DNA from: a virus
Lineage: Duplodnaviria > Caudoviricetes
Strand: one strand, 5' to 3'
Virus record (IMG/VR): IMGVR_UViG_3300018481_000025
Location: 1 to 58,225 of that record
Length of the DNA stretch: 58,225 nucleotides
Under the pieces are notes generated by a model. That model was not told where the DNA came from and ran no database searches. It saw only the letters and a list, made by a program, of their open reading frames with translations. Below are positions 26,498 through 37,000 of this stretch, piece after piece (the first letter of the stretch is position 1; each line of letters begins with the position of its first letter). A program made the translations under genes and the position numbers.

Positions 26498-28247
26498 GTT
26501 TGAAAAGTTCGGCGGTCAGATCCCGGCGATCGACAGCTTGCTGCTGCCGATCGAGAACTCGTCGTACGCCGAAAATGCCTTTCTGCAGGCAGGTCGGCTT
26601 GAGCCGCTGGCCGCCGACATTCCGATCCACACCTTGGCGAACTCGGAAGCGCGCTATGCCTTCCGCGTTCCCATCACGTCGCCCGCCATCGACAACCTCG
26701 TCGACAGCTACTGGCTGGAATTCGAGGACGCCAACACGACCGTCGTTCGCAGTCCGGTGACGGACCTTCTGGACGGCGGTCGGTTCTATTGGGCGAATGG
26801 CGCGGGGATACCGGGGTACACGACCAAGGAGCGGATTGAGGCAGCCCTGCCGCCTCTGCTGCTTGGCGTGCCTCGGCCAGAGGTGGCACCCGGTGTGACG
26901 GTATCGGGCGGGACGACACCGACCGGTACACGGGCTTACGTCTATACATGGGTGACGGTCTCACTGGAGGAAGGTCAGCCCAGTCCGCCGACTGTAGCGA
27001 CCGGCAATCTGAATGGGACGTGGACGATTACGATGACGGCACCGACCGTCGAGGAGACTAACAACCGAACGCTCACCTACACGCGTATTTACCGTACCGA
27101 GGTCGGACCAGCAGGCGAGGTCGGGTTCTTCTTCGTTGCGCAAATCCCGATCGCGACGCTGAGCTATCCCGACAACATGTCGAGCGACATTGTGGCGAAC
27201 AGCGAGCAGATGATGAGCGAAGACTGGTCGATGCCACCTGCGCTCGTTGGTCTGGTGTCGATGCCAAACGGCATGATTGCCGGATGGAAAGATAACGAGG
27301 TGTGGTTCTGCGAGCCGTACCGGCCGCATGCATGGCCTGCCAAGTACACGATCAACGTCGAGTTCCCCATCGTCGGCTTGGGCACGATCGACCAGAACGT
27401 GATGATCCTGACGTCAGGTCAGCCCTACGTCGCTACCGGAATTCACCCCGAGATCATGGCTATGCGGCAGGTGCAGCCGGTTGAGCCGTGCACGGCGCAG
27501 GGCTCCATCGTGAGTACGCCGCAGGGAGTACTCTATACAAGCTACAACGGCCTAATCCTGATCGGACCGGGTGGCGGCAGGAACCTGACGTTTGACATCA
27601 TCCGCAAGGATGAGTGGCTGCGGCTGGTCAACCTGAACACGCTGCACGCCACCTACTTCATGAACGGCTATTACACCTACTCAGGTGCGGTCGAGGGCGT
27701 GTTCCAAGAAGATGCGTTCCAGCTGTTCGACGATCCTGCCACGGCGGGCGTTGATGATAGCGCTTATCAGTCCAGCAACTTCCTCGGCACGATGATCGGC
27801 GCGCATATCAACCTGACCAATGAACGGCTTGGGTTCATGACGCTGCGCACTGACAGCCCGACCTACAATGTCATGCTGGACAGCTGGACCGGTGAGACCT
27901 TCGTCATCCGGGCAGGCAAAGTATTCCATGTTGACCGCCGCCAGTACGTCCCCCGCCAGAGCTATCTATGGCAGTCCAAGGTCATACAAACGAACTGGCA
28001 AGAGAACTTTGCCGCTGTTAAGGTCTTCTTCTCCCCGCCCCTCGGACAGCCAGCGTCCGAGCCTACGTACTTTCGCTACTACGTTGATAAACGCCTGCGG
28101 TACACGCGTCCGATCACAAAGTCGGGCGAGCAGTTCCGCCTGCCGTCGGGGTTCAAATCTAACTTAGTGATGTTCGAGCTATCGGGCCAGCTCATGATCC
28201 ACAACATGCAGGTCGCCACGTCGGCCCGCGAATTGAGGGGTGTCTGA
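26484..28247 (+). CDS. Tail nozzle / tubular-B-like protein
   Basis: FGGQIP..; RAYVYTWV..EEGQPSP; RIYRT; FCEPYRPHAWP; FRLPSGF. Confidence 0.75.
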   Translation: MVALKFEKFGGQIPAIDSLLLPIENSSYAENAFLQAGRLEPLAADIPIHTLANSEARYAFRVPITSPAIDNLVDSYWLEFEDANTTVVRSPVTDLLDGGRFYWANGAGIPGYTTKERIEAALPPLLLGVPRPEVAPGVTVSGGTTPTGTRAYVYTWVTVSLEEGQPSPPTVATGNLNGTWTITMTAPTVEETNNRTLTYTRIYRTEVGPAGEVGFFFVAQIPIATLSYPDNMSSDIVANSEQMMSEDWSMPPALVGLVSMPNGMIAGWKDNEVWFCEPYRPHAWPAKYTINVEFPIVGLGTIDQNVMILTSGQPYVATGIHPEIMAMRQVQPVEPCTAQGSIVSTPQGVLYTSYNGLILIGPGGGRNLTFDIIRKDEWLRLVNLNTLHATYFMNGYYTYSGAVEGVFQEDAFQLFDDPATAGVDDSAYQSSNFLGTMIGAHINLTNERLGFMTLRTDSPTYNVMLDSWTGETFVIRAGKVFHVDRRQYVPRQSYLWQSKVIQTNWQENFAAVKVFFSPPLGQPASEPTYFRYYVDKRLRYTRPITKSGEQFRLPSGFKSNLVMFELSGQLMIHNMQVATSARELRGV

Positions 28248-28450
28248 TGTCAACCCAAGTTCCGGTCATGCAGACGTCGGTCCCGACGCCTAACGAGGAT
28301 CCTGCATCGCTTGTCCAGTCGGTGCTCGCTATCAAGCAAACCCTAGAACACGACCACGGTTTCGCGCTGGGCAAGTCGCGGCGGCCGCTGACAGCGGCAG
28401 GCATTGCCGTCAACGCGGCGATCAGCGCTGTCACCAAGACCTTGCCGTAG
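28247..28450 (+). CDS. Small tail-associated protein
   Basis: TGATG coupling. Confidence 0.55.
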   Translation: MSTQVPVMQTSVPTPNEDPASLVQSVLAIKQTLEHDHGFALGKSRRPLTAAGIAVNAAISAVTKTLP

Positions 28451-28459
28451 GAGACGACC

Positions 28460-30445
28460 ATGGCGGTGAGCAACTATGCTTCTGGTCCCGACGACAGCTA
28501 TAGCGGTGGCAGTCAAACGGAAGGTCCGCTCGACCTTAGCAAATACATCTCGGGCGTTACTGATCGCGCTTATAAGAATTGGGGTCGCGCCGAAGATCAA
28601 TATCAGTGGGCGAAGGATCAGTATGCCAAAGACCGGGGCATTACCGATCAGGTAACGCAGCGGGCGCTCGATACTCAAGCGAAGATGGGGGGTTGGGCCG
28701 ACGAAGACCGGGCGTTCTGGACGGGCACCTATAAGCCCGCGATGGAACAGCAGATGGCGTACGCTCGCGAGTACACCACGCCGGGGCGGATGGACGCCAA
28801 CCGTGGTGCTGCTATGGCGGGCAGCAATCTGGCGTTCGACAGCGCTGCTGACATGGCCAAGCGCAATCTATCGAGCTACGGCGTTGACCCATCGTCCGGT
28901 CGATATGCTGGGCTCGATGCTGGGCTGGCGGCCAAGCGCGCTGCCGGTGCAGCGGCAGCGGGCACCAAGTCAGACCGCGACACCGAGATGTTGGGACAGG
29001 AGTACCTCGATCGGGCTATCCGAACGGGTGCGTCGCTGCCGGGACAGGCTGGCAATTTTGAAGGCATCGGCATGGCGGCTGGCAATCAGGCGGTGAACGC
29101 CGGACTGGCGACGACTGCCTCAGGTGCTAACACCATGGGAAGGCCGACTGACTGGGCTGGCCTCGGCAACGACATGTACAAAGAATGGTCGCGGGCGGCA
29201 CAGGCGCAGACCCAAGCTGGCTTGCAAGGCCAAGAATTGGAGCTGAAGCGTAAGGAGGCTGAAGGCAAAGAGAGCAGCGGTATGGGTGCGGCGCTCGGTG
29301 CCGGTATGGGCATTCTCGGCAAGCTCGGCAGCTCATACATGTCCGGCGGCATGGGCGGCATGATGGGCGGGGGCGGCGGCATGATGGGTGGCGGCAGCGG
29401 CATGACCTTCGAGAGAGGCGGCGTTGTGCCCAAGCAAAAGCGCATCAAGAAATTCTTCAGTGGCGGCTTCTCTGGGTTCTCTGCGCCCGACATCCAGCCG
29501 ATCGACTGGGGCGGTGGACAGGCGTTCGACCCATACGATCCGGGCGCGTCGCTGTGGGGCGCGTTCGACAACGACAATCCTGAGCTTGAGGACAACGAAG
29601 GCGAGGGCATCGGCCGGGGTGTCGGCGGTCAGGTCGGCGGCATGGTCGGCCAGATCTGGGGACCGATCGGTCAGATGGCTGGCCGCGAGATCGGTCAGAA
29701 AGTCGGCGGTGGTGTCGGCGCTGCGGTGCAGGGCGACTGGGGTGGGGCAGCGGAAAGCCTCGTCGAGGGCACGCCGTTCGACATGTTCTTCCGGGCTGGT
29801 GGCGCGGTGCCTGAGATCGAGGAAACAAAAGATCGCAACATTCGCCGTGGCTATCGTCCCGGCGTAAGGGACAAGGCGGCCAAGTTCCGCACCATGCCGC
29901 AAGACACCACCATGCAGGATAGGTTCGAGAGGCCCGACAGCGACACCAACGTAGAAGGTCAGGACGAGCCTAATTGGGTGCCTAACTACGGCGACGATCC
30001 CGCTGGCGAATACGAAGAAGGCGGCCGGGTCCGTCAGATCGGTCGCGAGGTGTGGGGCGATCAGATCGTGCCTGCCTACGCTGAAGGCGGCGAGGTCGAA
30101 GACGATATGGTCGACACGCCTGATGATGAAGGCTTGATGCCTGAAGGCGAGATGCCCGAAGACGAGATGGGTATGGGGCCGCCGCCCCAAGAGGCCAACG
30201 TTGTACCACCGGAGGCGTCACCGTCGGGCGGTGAAGAGACTGACGATGTGCACGCGTTGCTGAACGAGGGCGAGTTCGTCATCCCTAAGAAGGTGGTGAA
30301 CTGGCACGGCGAGAAGTTTTTCCAGAAGCTGATCGAGAAAGCCTACAACGAGATGGCGGGGCCGAAGACGGCTGAGCCAGAAGAAGGTCCGCCAATGCAG
30401 GCGATGGCGATCTCGCCGCCGTCCTTCCAAAGCGCCGGGGGTTGA
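28460..30445 (+). CDS. Internal virion / DNA-ejection protein
   Basis: RNLSSYGVDPSSGRY; Gly-rich hydrophobic stretches; DDVHALLNEGEFVIP; repeated [FY]xxGG. Confidence 0.7.
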   Translation: MAVSNYASGPDDSYSGGSQTEGPLDLSKYISGVTDRAYKNWGRAEDQYQWAKDQYAKDRGITDQVTQRALDTQAKMGGWADEDRAFWTGTYKPAMEQQMAYAREYTTPGRMDANRGAAMAGSNLAFDSAADMAKRNLSSYGVDPSSGRYAGLDAGLAAKRAAGAAAAGTKSDRDTEMLGQEYLDRAIRTGASLPGQAGNFEGIGMAAGNQAVNAGLATTASGANTMGRPTDWAGLGNDMYKEWSRAAQAQTQAGLQGQELELKRKEAEGKESSGMGAALGAGMGILGKLGSSYMSGGMGGMMGGGGGMMGGGSGMTFERGGVVPKQKRIKKFFSGGFSGFSAPDIQPIDWGGGQAFDPYDPGASLWGAFDNDNPELEDNEGEGIGRGVGGQVGGMVGQIWGPIGQMAGREIGQKVGGGVGAAVQGDWGGAAESLVEGTPFDMFFRAGGAVPEIEETKDRNIRRGYRPGVRDKAAKFRTMPQDTTMQDRFERPDSDTNVEGQDEPNWVPNYGDDPAGEYEEGGRVRQIGREVWGDQIVPAYAEGGEVEDDMVDTPDDEGLMPEGEMPEDEMGMGPPPQEANVVPPEASPSGGEETDDVHALLNEGEFVIPKKVVNWHGEKFFQKLIEKAYNEMAGPKTAEPEEGPPMQAMAISPPSFQSAGG

Positions 30446-30446
30446 G

Positions 30447-32855
30447 ATGGCACTCAGGAACGAAGTCTTCGACGCGATTGCGGCATACAAGGCACTCGAC
30501 AATCCGCAGGATAAATACGCTGAGGAGATGTACAAGAAACAGCGACGGTCCAACCGGCGCGACGACGAGGTTGATCGGGCTGCACAAAGAGAAATAGACG
30601 AGGAGAACCGGCGACGCGCTGCTGGCCTGCCGCCGGTGCAGACCATCGCTTCAACGGGGACGCCCGGCACGAACTCTCCTGAGCAGCCGTCATTCGGTAG
30701 CGTGATGGAGCAGGGTGCGCTGAACACGCAGTCGCCGCAGTTTAAGTTTCGTCGTGGTGGTCGTGTCGGCCGCTACGATCGTGGTGGTCCCGCTACTTAT
30801 GGCGGAAGTCCTGATCCTGCCGAACTCCTGCACGATGAAGCAGAGGGTCGGCCAAACCAGCGATACGATCCGCTCGCGGCCAATGTAAACCGTACGACAG
30901 CTGCTCCCGATTTTGCCGACCAGAACGACGCGATCGTGCAGCAGCTACTGAAGGACGATCCTGCAGGGACGCCAGCGAGCATCAGCCGTGGCTTGCCGAA
31001 GCAAGAGCAGGCACTCGATCCCGGCCTGCAATACCAGACTGAAGCGAAGCAGATGGCGGCGCAGCAGTTCGCCAACGTTCCAGCAGACACGATGCCACCG
31101 CTGCCTGACGTGAACAGGAACCTAAAGGGGCCGCCAGAGAAGCGGACGTCGATGATCGGCCGTGCACTTGCGCCGATTGCACGGCGCGCGGGTGCAGTTG
31201 GCGGTGAAGTGCTGGGCGACCTCACAAGGTCCGACCTGAACCCGACGGGCTACAAATCGCACCTTTACGGCACGGGTGATCCAGACAACGCCTTCCCGAA
31301 CTACAACGACGACCCTGAACTTTACCAGCGCATCATCCGCCAGCGCGAGATGGACCGAGTGCGTATGGGTCCAATGACGGCGGCGGGACCAACAGAGAAG
31401 GCTGAACGTGAAGCAGCTCTTGAGCAGCTGAGGACTGAGGGGGACCGGCCAGTACCTCCTCCGCAACCTGCGCCACCTGCAGGACCGCCTGCCTACCAGC
31501 AGCCCTATACGGGCCTGCGTAACGAGCCAGCGCAGCCACCCGGACCGGCTGCGCCACCGCCCGCGCCGCCCGCGCCACCGGCTGCAGCTCCCGCAGCACC
31601 GGGCGCACCAGCTCGACCGGGCGCACCCCCCGCGCCGCCGTCTACCCAAGCGCCACCGGGCGCACCAAAGCCCGCTCCACCCCCACCCGCACCGAGGCCC
31701 CCAGCCGATCCAAGGGCACTCGACTATCGGGCGTTCGACGAACGGGCTACCCCGCCGGTGCCGGGAACTCCGGGGTACCCCGCCAAGCCAGTAACACCGG
31801 GGCCTGCCGTCACGGCTGGTGGTGCTCGTTCGGCGAATGCAGGCGGGCAGGGTTCCAGCGGACCGGGAGGAGGCAACGCTACACAGCCCGCGCCGCCGCC
31901 CGGTGCAGCCAGCGCGAACGCACCCTCGACTGCACTCAAGACGAACGCGCCTAGAGGGTCGCTGGGCGACCAGAGCCGCACGGCAGCGTTCGACCCGACC
32001 GGTAAGACGGTGCCGGGCGACCTCACCGACCCACGCAATATCGGTGCGGTCGACCAAGCCGGTGTCGACATTCGCGGCACGGGCGTGTCACCGGCCGATC
32101 TGCGGACGACGATTAACGGTGCGATGTCAGTTGCACCGGCCAACGGTGCGAACGTTGCTGGCAACGGCGCGGTGCAGCGTGACACCTACCGGTCGTTCGT
32201 CGCGGCACACAATCAGGGTGGCAAGCTCACAGCCGGTCAGGCGCTGCTGGTCGGCATGGTTGGGCGGTACAAGGCATTGCTGTCGCAGGGTCGTCAGCAG
32301 GAAGCGGCACAGATGGCGTGGGGCCTCATTCAGGCAGCCAACATCGAGGCAGCATCCTACGGCAAGGTAGCGATGGACCAGCTGCGGGCGGGTGATCCGA
32401 GAGCGGTGCAGAGCCTCGCCAACGGTGCTGACCATCTGCCGGATGGTAGAGACCATCGTGCCAGCGCTGACGGTCGGTTCATCGAGACGTACGATGAGAA
32501 TGGCAAGCTGGTCGGCCGTGTAGCGATGGACGGCAAGATGGCACTTCAACTGGCCATGGGCTTGGCCAACGGCAGCCTAATGTGGGACGCACTGCAGCAG
32601 ACTGTCGCCAGCATGAAGACGCCCGACAAGAACGCCGAGGGCCGAGCACTCGACAACGAGTACAAGCGCCTGAGGATTGCCAAGATGATGCAGCCGAACG
32701 TCGGGCGCGGTGCCAAGGTGGCACCGGCCAAGAGTGAGAGAGCGTCAGCCTTGGATGCCAAGCTGGGCATCCAGCCGCCGCCGTCGACACCGCCGCCGAT
32801 CTATCAGGGTAGTAACAGCGACGATACTTGGCCTTCTGTGAGAGATCAGGACTAA
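30447..32855 (+). CDS. Pro-rich internal virion / ejection protein
   Basis: 802-aa ORF between ejection-type genes. Confidence 0.7.
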   Translation: MALRNEVFDAIAAYKALDNPQDKYAEEMYKKQRRSNRRDDEVDRAAQREIDEENRRRAAGLPPVQTIASTGTPGTNSPEQPSFGSVMEQGALNTQSPQFKFRRGGRVGRYDRGGPATYGGSPDPAELLHDEAEGRPNQRYDPLAANVNRTTAAPDFADQNDAIVQQLLKDDPAGTPASISRGLPKQEQALDPGLQYQTEAKQMAAQQFANVPADTMPPLPDVNRNLKGPPEKRTSMIGRALAPIARRAGAVGGEVLGDLTRSDLNPTGYKSHLYGTGDPDNAFPNYNDDPELYQRIIRQREMDRVRMGPMTAAGPTEKAEREAALEQLRTEGDRPVPPPQPAPPAGPPAYQQPYTGLRNEPAQPPGPAAPPPAPPAPPAAAPAAPGAPARPGAPPAPPSTQAPPGAPKPAPPPPAPRPPADPRALDYRAFDERATPPVPGTPGYPAKPVTPGPAVTAGGARSANAGGQGSSGPGGGNATQPAPPPGAASANAPSTALKTNAPRGSLGDQSRTAAFDPTGKTVPGDLTDPRNIGAVDQAGVDIRGTGVSPADLRTTINGAMSVAPANGANVAGNGAVQRDTYRSFVAAHNQGGKLTAGQALLVGMVGRYKALLSQGRQQEAAQMAWGLIQAANIEAASYGKVAMDQLRAGDPRAVQSLANGADHLPDGRDHRASADGRFIETYDENGKLVGRVAMDGKMALQLAMGLANGSLMWDALQQTVASMKTPDKNAEGRALDNEYKRLRIAKMMQPNVGRGAKVAPAKSERASALDAKLGIQPPPSTPPPIYQGSNSDDTWPSVRDQD

Positions 32856-34057
32856 TGGCTGACACGGCGTTTGATCCGAACCCACCACCTCAGATCACGC
32901 AAGGTCCCGGCGGCGAACGCTTGGTGTGGGACGGACGTGACTGGGTGCAGAGCGCCGTCGGTGCTGACACGGCGGCTCCTGCGGCTGGACCACCACCTGC
33001 ACCAGCGCCGACGTCCGCGCCGCCGCAACAGAACATTCAGTTCTTCCGGCAGGGTCAGCAGGAACCGATCGTCGTCCATCAGGGCGATGCGCAGTCCGAT
33101 GCACAGGGTGTTCAGACGAGACTGCCGCCACCGCCACCTCGGCCCGCGTATACGATCGACTTCGACGACCAAGCTGACTACGTACTGTCCCAGCAAAATG
33201 AATGGCAAGCCTACGACAAGAACGTGCTGTCGCATAAGACCGGCCGAGCCCAGCCCCTCCGTGTGACGGAGCAAGAGCATCCTGAATGGGGCAACTGGCA
33301 GTCGATTTTGGATGACTGGAATAAGCTCGATAAGCGCGAGCAGACGTCCGGCCGCCGGTACGCCATGGAGAAGCTGTACAATCGGATCCAGAGCGACACG
33401 AAGCGGGCAGAGGCAGAACTGCGGGAGAAGCGGCGGCAGGAGGCACATGGTCTGGATGCACCGCGCTTGACCCAAGAGGCCCGCGATAAGATCGGCACCT
33501 TGATGAGCGGCTACGTTGATCAGGAGTTCAACAAGACGAATGATGTGGCGACCCGACACTCTGACCCAGAGAAGAAGCGGCAGGCCGACTTCGAGCTGAA
33601 GACATCGCCGCTGACGACGATGAAGTACAAGGACCGCGACGGTAAGGAGAACCTCAATCCGTTGCGCGACGTGGTGACGTCAATCTCTCAACTGAATGAT
33701 GGCGTGTCGAACGATGCCATCGTGCGCTATACGCTGGGCATCGGTTCACCGGTCGGGTTCGACAAAGAGGGCAGACCGCTGCCGGGCATGAACGAAGTTG
33801 GTGGTCGGTACATCCGAGGCAAAGGTGCAACCAACTATAGGCCGCTCGGTCGTGACGCAGCCGACAATATAATCATTCGTATGGACGACGGTCAGGAACT
33901 GCGCATCCCACCGCAGGCCATGCGTCTTTTAGGCAAGGCGCGCGAGCAGGGTTACGAGAACGCCAAGCGGTGGATGGAAGACGACAAGAAGGCCCGTGAG
34001 CATAAGGGTCTTGGCACGCGCTTGCTGGAGCGGATCATTCCGCCGAAAGGCTTCTGA
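32855..34057 (+). CDS. Internal virion protein
   Basis: MADTAF.. start coupled by TAATG. Confidence 0.7.
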   Translation: MADTAFDPNPPPQITQGPGGERLVWDGRDWVQSAVGADTAAPAAGPPPAPAPTSAPPQQNIQFFRQGQQEPIVVHQGDAQSDAQGVQTRLPPPPPRPAYTIDFDDQADYVLSQQNEWQAYDKNVLSHKTGRAQPLRVTEQEHPEWGNWQSILDDWNKLDKREQTSGRRYAMEKLYNRIQSDTKRAEAELREKRRQEAHGLDAPRLTQEARDKIGTLMSGYVDQEFNKTNDVATRHSDPEKKRQADFELKTSPLTTMKYKDRDGKENLNPLRDVVTSISQLNDGVSNDAIVRYTLGIGSPVGFDKEGRPLPGMNEVGGRYIRGKGATNYRPLGRDAADNIIIRMDDGQELRIPPQAMRLLGKAREQGYENAKRWMEDDKKAREHKGLGTRLLERIIPPKGF

Positions 34058-37000
34058 TGCGCAACAGGTTTGGCACGGCGCAGTATCTTTCGGGTGAGGT
34101 CTATCGCGACCCCAACCAGCCAGAAGAACCCAACAAGGATAGCCGCACGTGGACCGAGACGGCGATCGACACGGCGTCCGATTTCCTCGGTGCGGCTGCT
34201 ACCATCCCGCGTACGATCACGCATGCGATGCGTGCGGGCACTGCCTACCTGCCGGAGAAGACAGCGATACCGGGAACGCCGGGGGAAATCAGCGAGGTGC
34301 CCATCCCCGGTCAGGACGTGTTCGGAACGCCCGCTTCAGGTGTGATGCGCGATATCGACGTCGGCATGGGCGAGGTCGAGAAGAATATCAGAGACTGGCA
34401 GTCACCCTACAGTAAGGAGCTTGCTAAAGCATCTGTGCTGCCGGGCTACGGTGAGCGTAGCTTCTGGGATACGCCCTTCGCTTCAACTGGAAAGTTCCTC
34501 GCTGGCAGCGCCCCCTATGCAATACTTGCTCTAGCAACAGGCGGCGGCAGCCTCGTTGCGCAAGGCACAGGCGTAGCTGCTCAGGGCGTGTTTGGCCAAG
34601 CTGAAGGCTGGAACCAGCTGCAGGATTACACCGACCAGACACCGAGGGAGAAGCTCCTCAAAGACAGCCCGGTGTTTGAGGAGTACCTCCGGCAATACCC
34701 CGGCGATGAGAAGGCAGCCCGGCAGGCGCTGTACAACGATACGGTTGACCTCAAAGCGCAGTTCGCCAGCGGTATTGCTAATGCTGCCGAGTTCGGTGCG
34801 CTGCTCGACGGTCTTAACAAGTCGAAGCGCAGCCTCGCCCTCGGCATGGCGCGCTTCATTCCCGTCGTCGGTAAGTTCCTTCCTGCACGCGTTGGCAGAG
34901 CTGTCGGTGGTACGCTCGAAGGTGGGGTGTCAGGTTTTGCTGAAGGTGCAACCGACGCCTACATTTCGGAGCTGGCCAAGGTCCGCACCGGCGAGCAGGA
35001 AGCGATCAACGTCAGCGAGATCCCGAAGGGTGGCTGGCAGGGTGCTGGGTTCGGTCCGGGTGTGGGTGCATGGCATGCGATCGCACCGAGCCCGGTCAAG
35101 GAGTGGGACAAGGGCATCCTTCAGACGCTGGGCAGTCAGATCAACGGCGGCACGACACAGCAGCAACCGGCACCGGGACAAGGGACGCCGCCTGCTGGTG
35201 GGCCGGGTGCACCGCCACCGGGCGGACCCGCAGGAGCGCCCGGCGCTATGCCGCCGGGCGGACCGGGTGCTGCACCACCGGGCGGACCGACGCCGGGTGG
35301 TGGGCCGACACGTCGGCGCGGTCCGGTCACTGACGTCGAGGATACGTCAGGCCAGCCAACGGCACCGCTGGTAGTACCCGGCCGTCAAATTCGGCCTGAA
35401 GAACTTGGGGTCGAAACGGGACAACAGGCAGCGGCACCACTCGATCGCGCACCACCGATGCCGGACGACTTCGTGCCGGAGGGTGATCCTGCCTATCAGT
35501 TCACGACCGGCAAGGGGTCGCGGTACTGGCACTTCGACGACAACACGACGGTGCGCAACAAGGCTCCTCGGCCCGAGCATCCCGGCGACCAAGGGTTCAA
35601 GGCCAAGTCAGAGACGACGTTCTACGCCAACGAGGACCATCTCAACCAGATGGGCTCGCTGATGCAGGCGACGTCCACCTTCGGCAAGGTGATGGCGCAG
35701 CACCCGAGGACTGGCCAGTGGGGTGTGATGTACACCAGCGGTCCCAGCAAGGGTAAGTGGGAACGCCGCACGATGGGTACGGTGTCGACCGAGCCTCAGG
35801 TCGGCCTGTATCCGGTCGAGACTTGGAACCGAGGCAAGCGCTTCCACTTTGGCAATGCGATCACTGAGGTGAAGCCGCTGCGAGCGGCTGCACCGGCTGC
35901 TGCTGCGGGCGCTGCTGCCCCCGCCACCCCTACAGCGCCTGCGGCGGCAGCCCCTGCACAGCCTTATATGGATATAAGCTCGCAGGAAGTTGGTCCGCCG
36001 ACCCAGCCCGCTGGACCGGCAACGTGGGCAGCAGGTGACTTCCAGTACGACGTTGAGGTTACGCCTGCTCCACCGGAGCAGGGCCCTGACGGTCGCATGT
36101 ACCAGCAGGTGCTGCATGAGGGTCAGGCTCAATGGGTGCCTGCCGATGAGCTGACAGCACGCGCCGACAGATCACGCTCGGAGAGCCCGGAGGTCGAGAA
36201 GGCCCGGCGTGCCTTCGAGCAGCACGAAGGGCGGGCGTCGGCGCAGCAGATGCGTCAGGCGGCGTGGCAGCAGGAAAGCGACCGGCTCTACAACGCTTGG
36301 AAAGAAGCGGAGATGGAGGAGCGGCGCGAAGGCGCTGGCCTGCCCCGCAAGTCGCCGGTCGCGCCGAGGAGCGTGTCGGCCAAGGCGCTGACCAAGGATC
36401 AGATCCTCAAGATCCGTGCCGGTATGGCGGTGCTTGACCCTGACACCCGCCGTGCTTTCGCAACTAACCTGCACCGCAGGCAGAGCGCGACGCAAGACGT
36501 CGACCGCCACAGCATCCCCGAGTGGATGAGCGCAGAGGGCGGACCGCTCACCGACAAGCAGTATGCAGCGCTCGCCAATGCGCTCGACAATAACCCGGAT
36601 CAGACGATCGAGCTGATCGGGCAGCGGCCGTTCGAGACGACCCGTGAAGGTGTGCAGGAGCACTACACGCAGCGCGTCGCCGAGAGGAAAGAGGCAGAGG
36701 CAGAGGAAGCACAGCAAGCAGAGGAGGCTACGCAGCGCGCGAGAGGTGAGCGGCGGCCCAGTGCCGACGTCACCATACCAGACCTTAAGCGCCCGCCCCG
36801 GCGAGTGACGGCCGAACTCAATACCGAGATGCAGGCGCTTGAGGCGTCGCTGCGCGGCTATCAGGTCAACCGCAAGCAACAGACGCCGCAGCGCTGGCGC
36901 GCTCTACGCCGCCGGGCCGAGCTGATTGACCGTGAACTGCAAGCCCAAGGTTTCCAACCACGCTTCGTCAACTGGCTGGGCCCGGCACCTGCCGAGACGG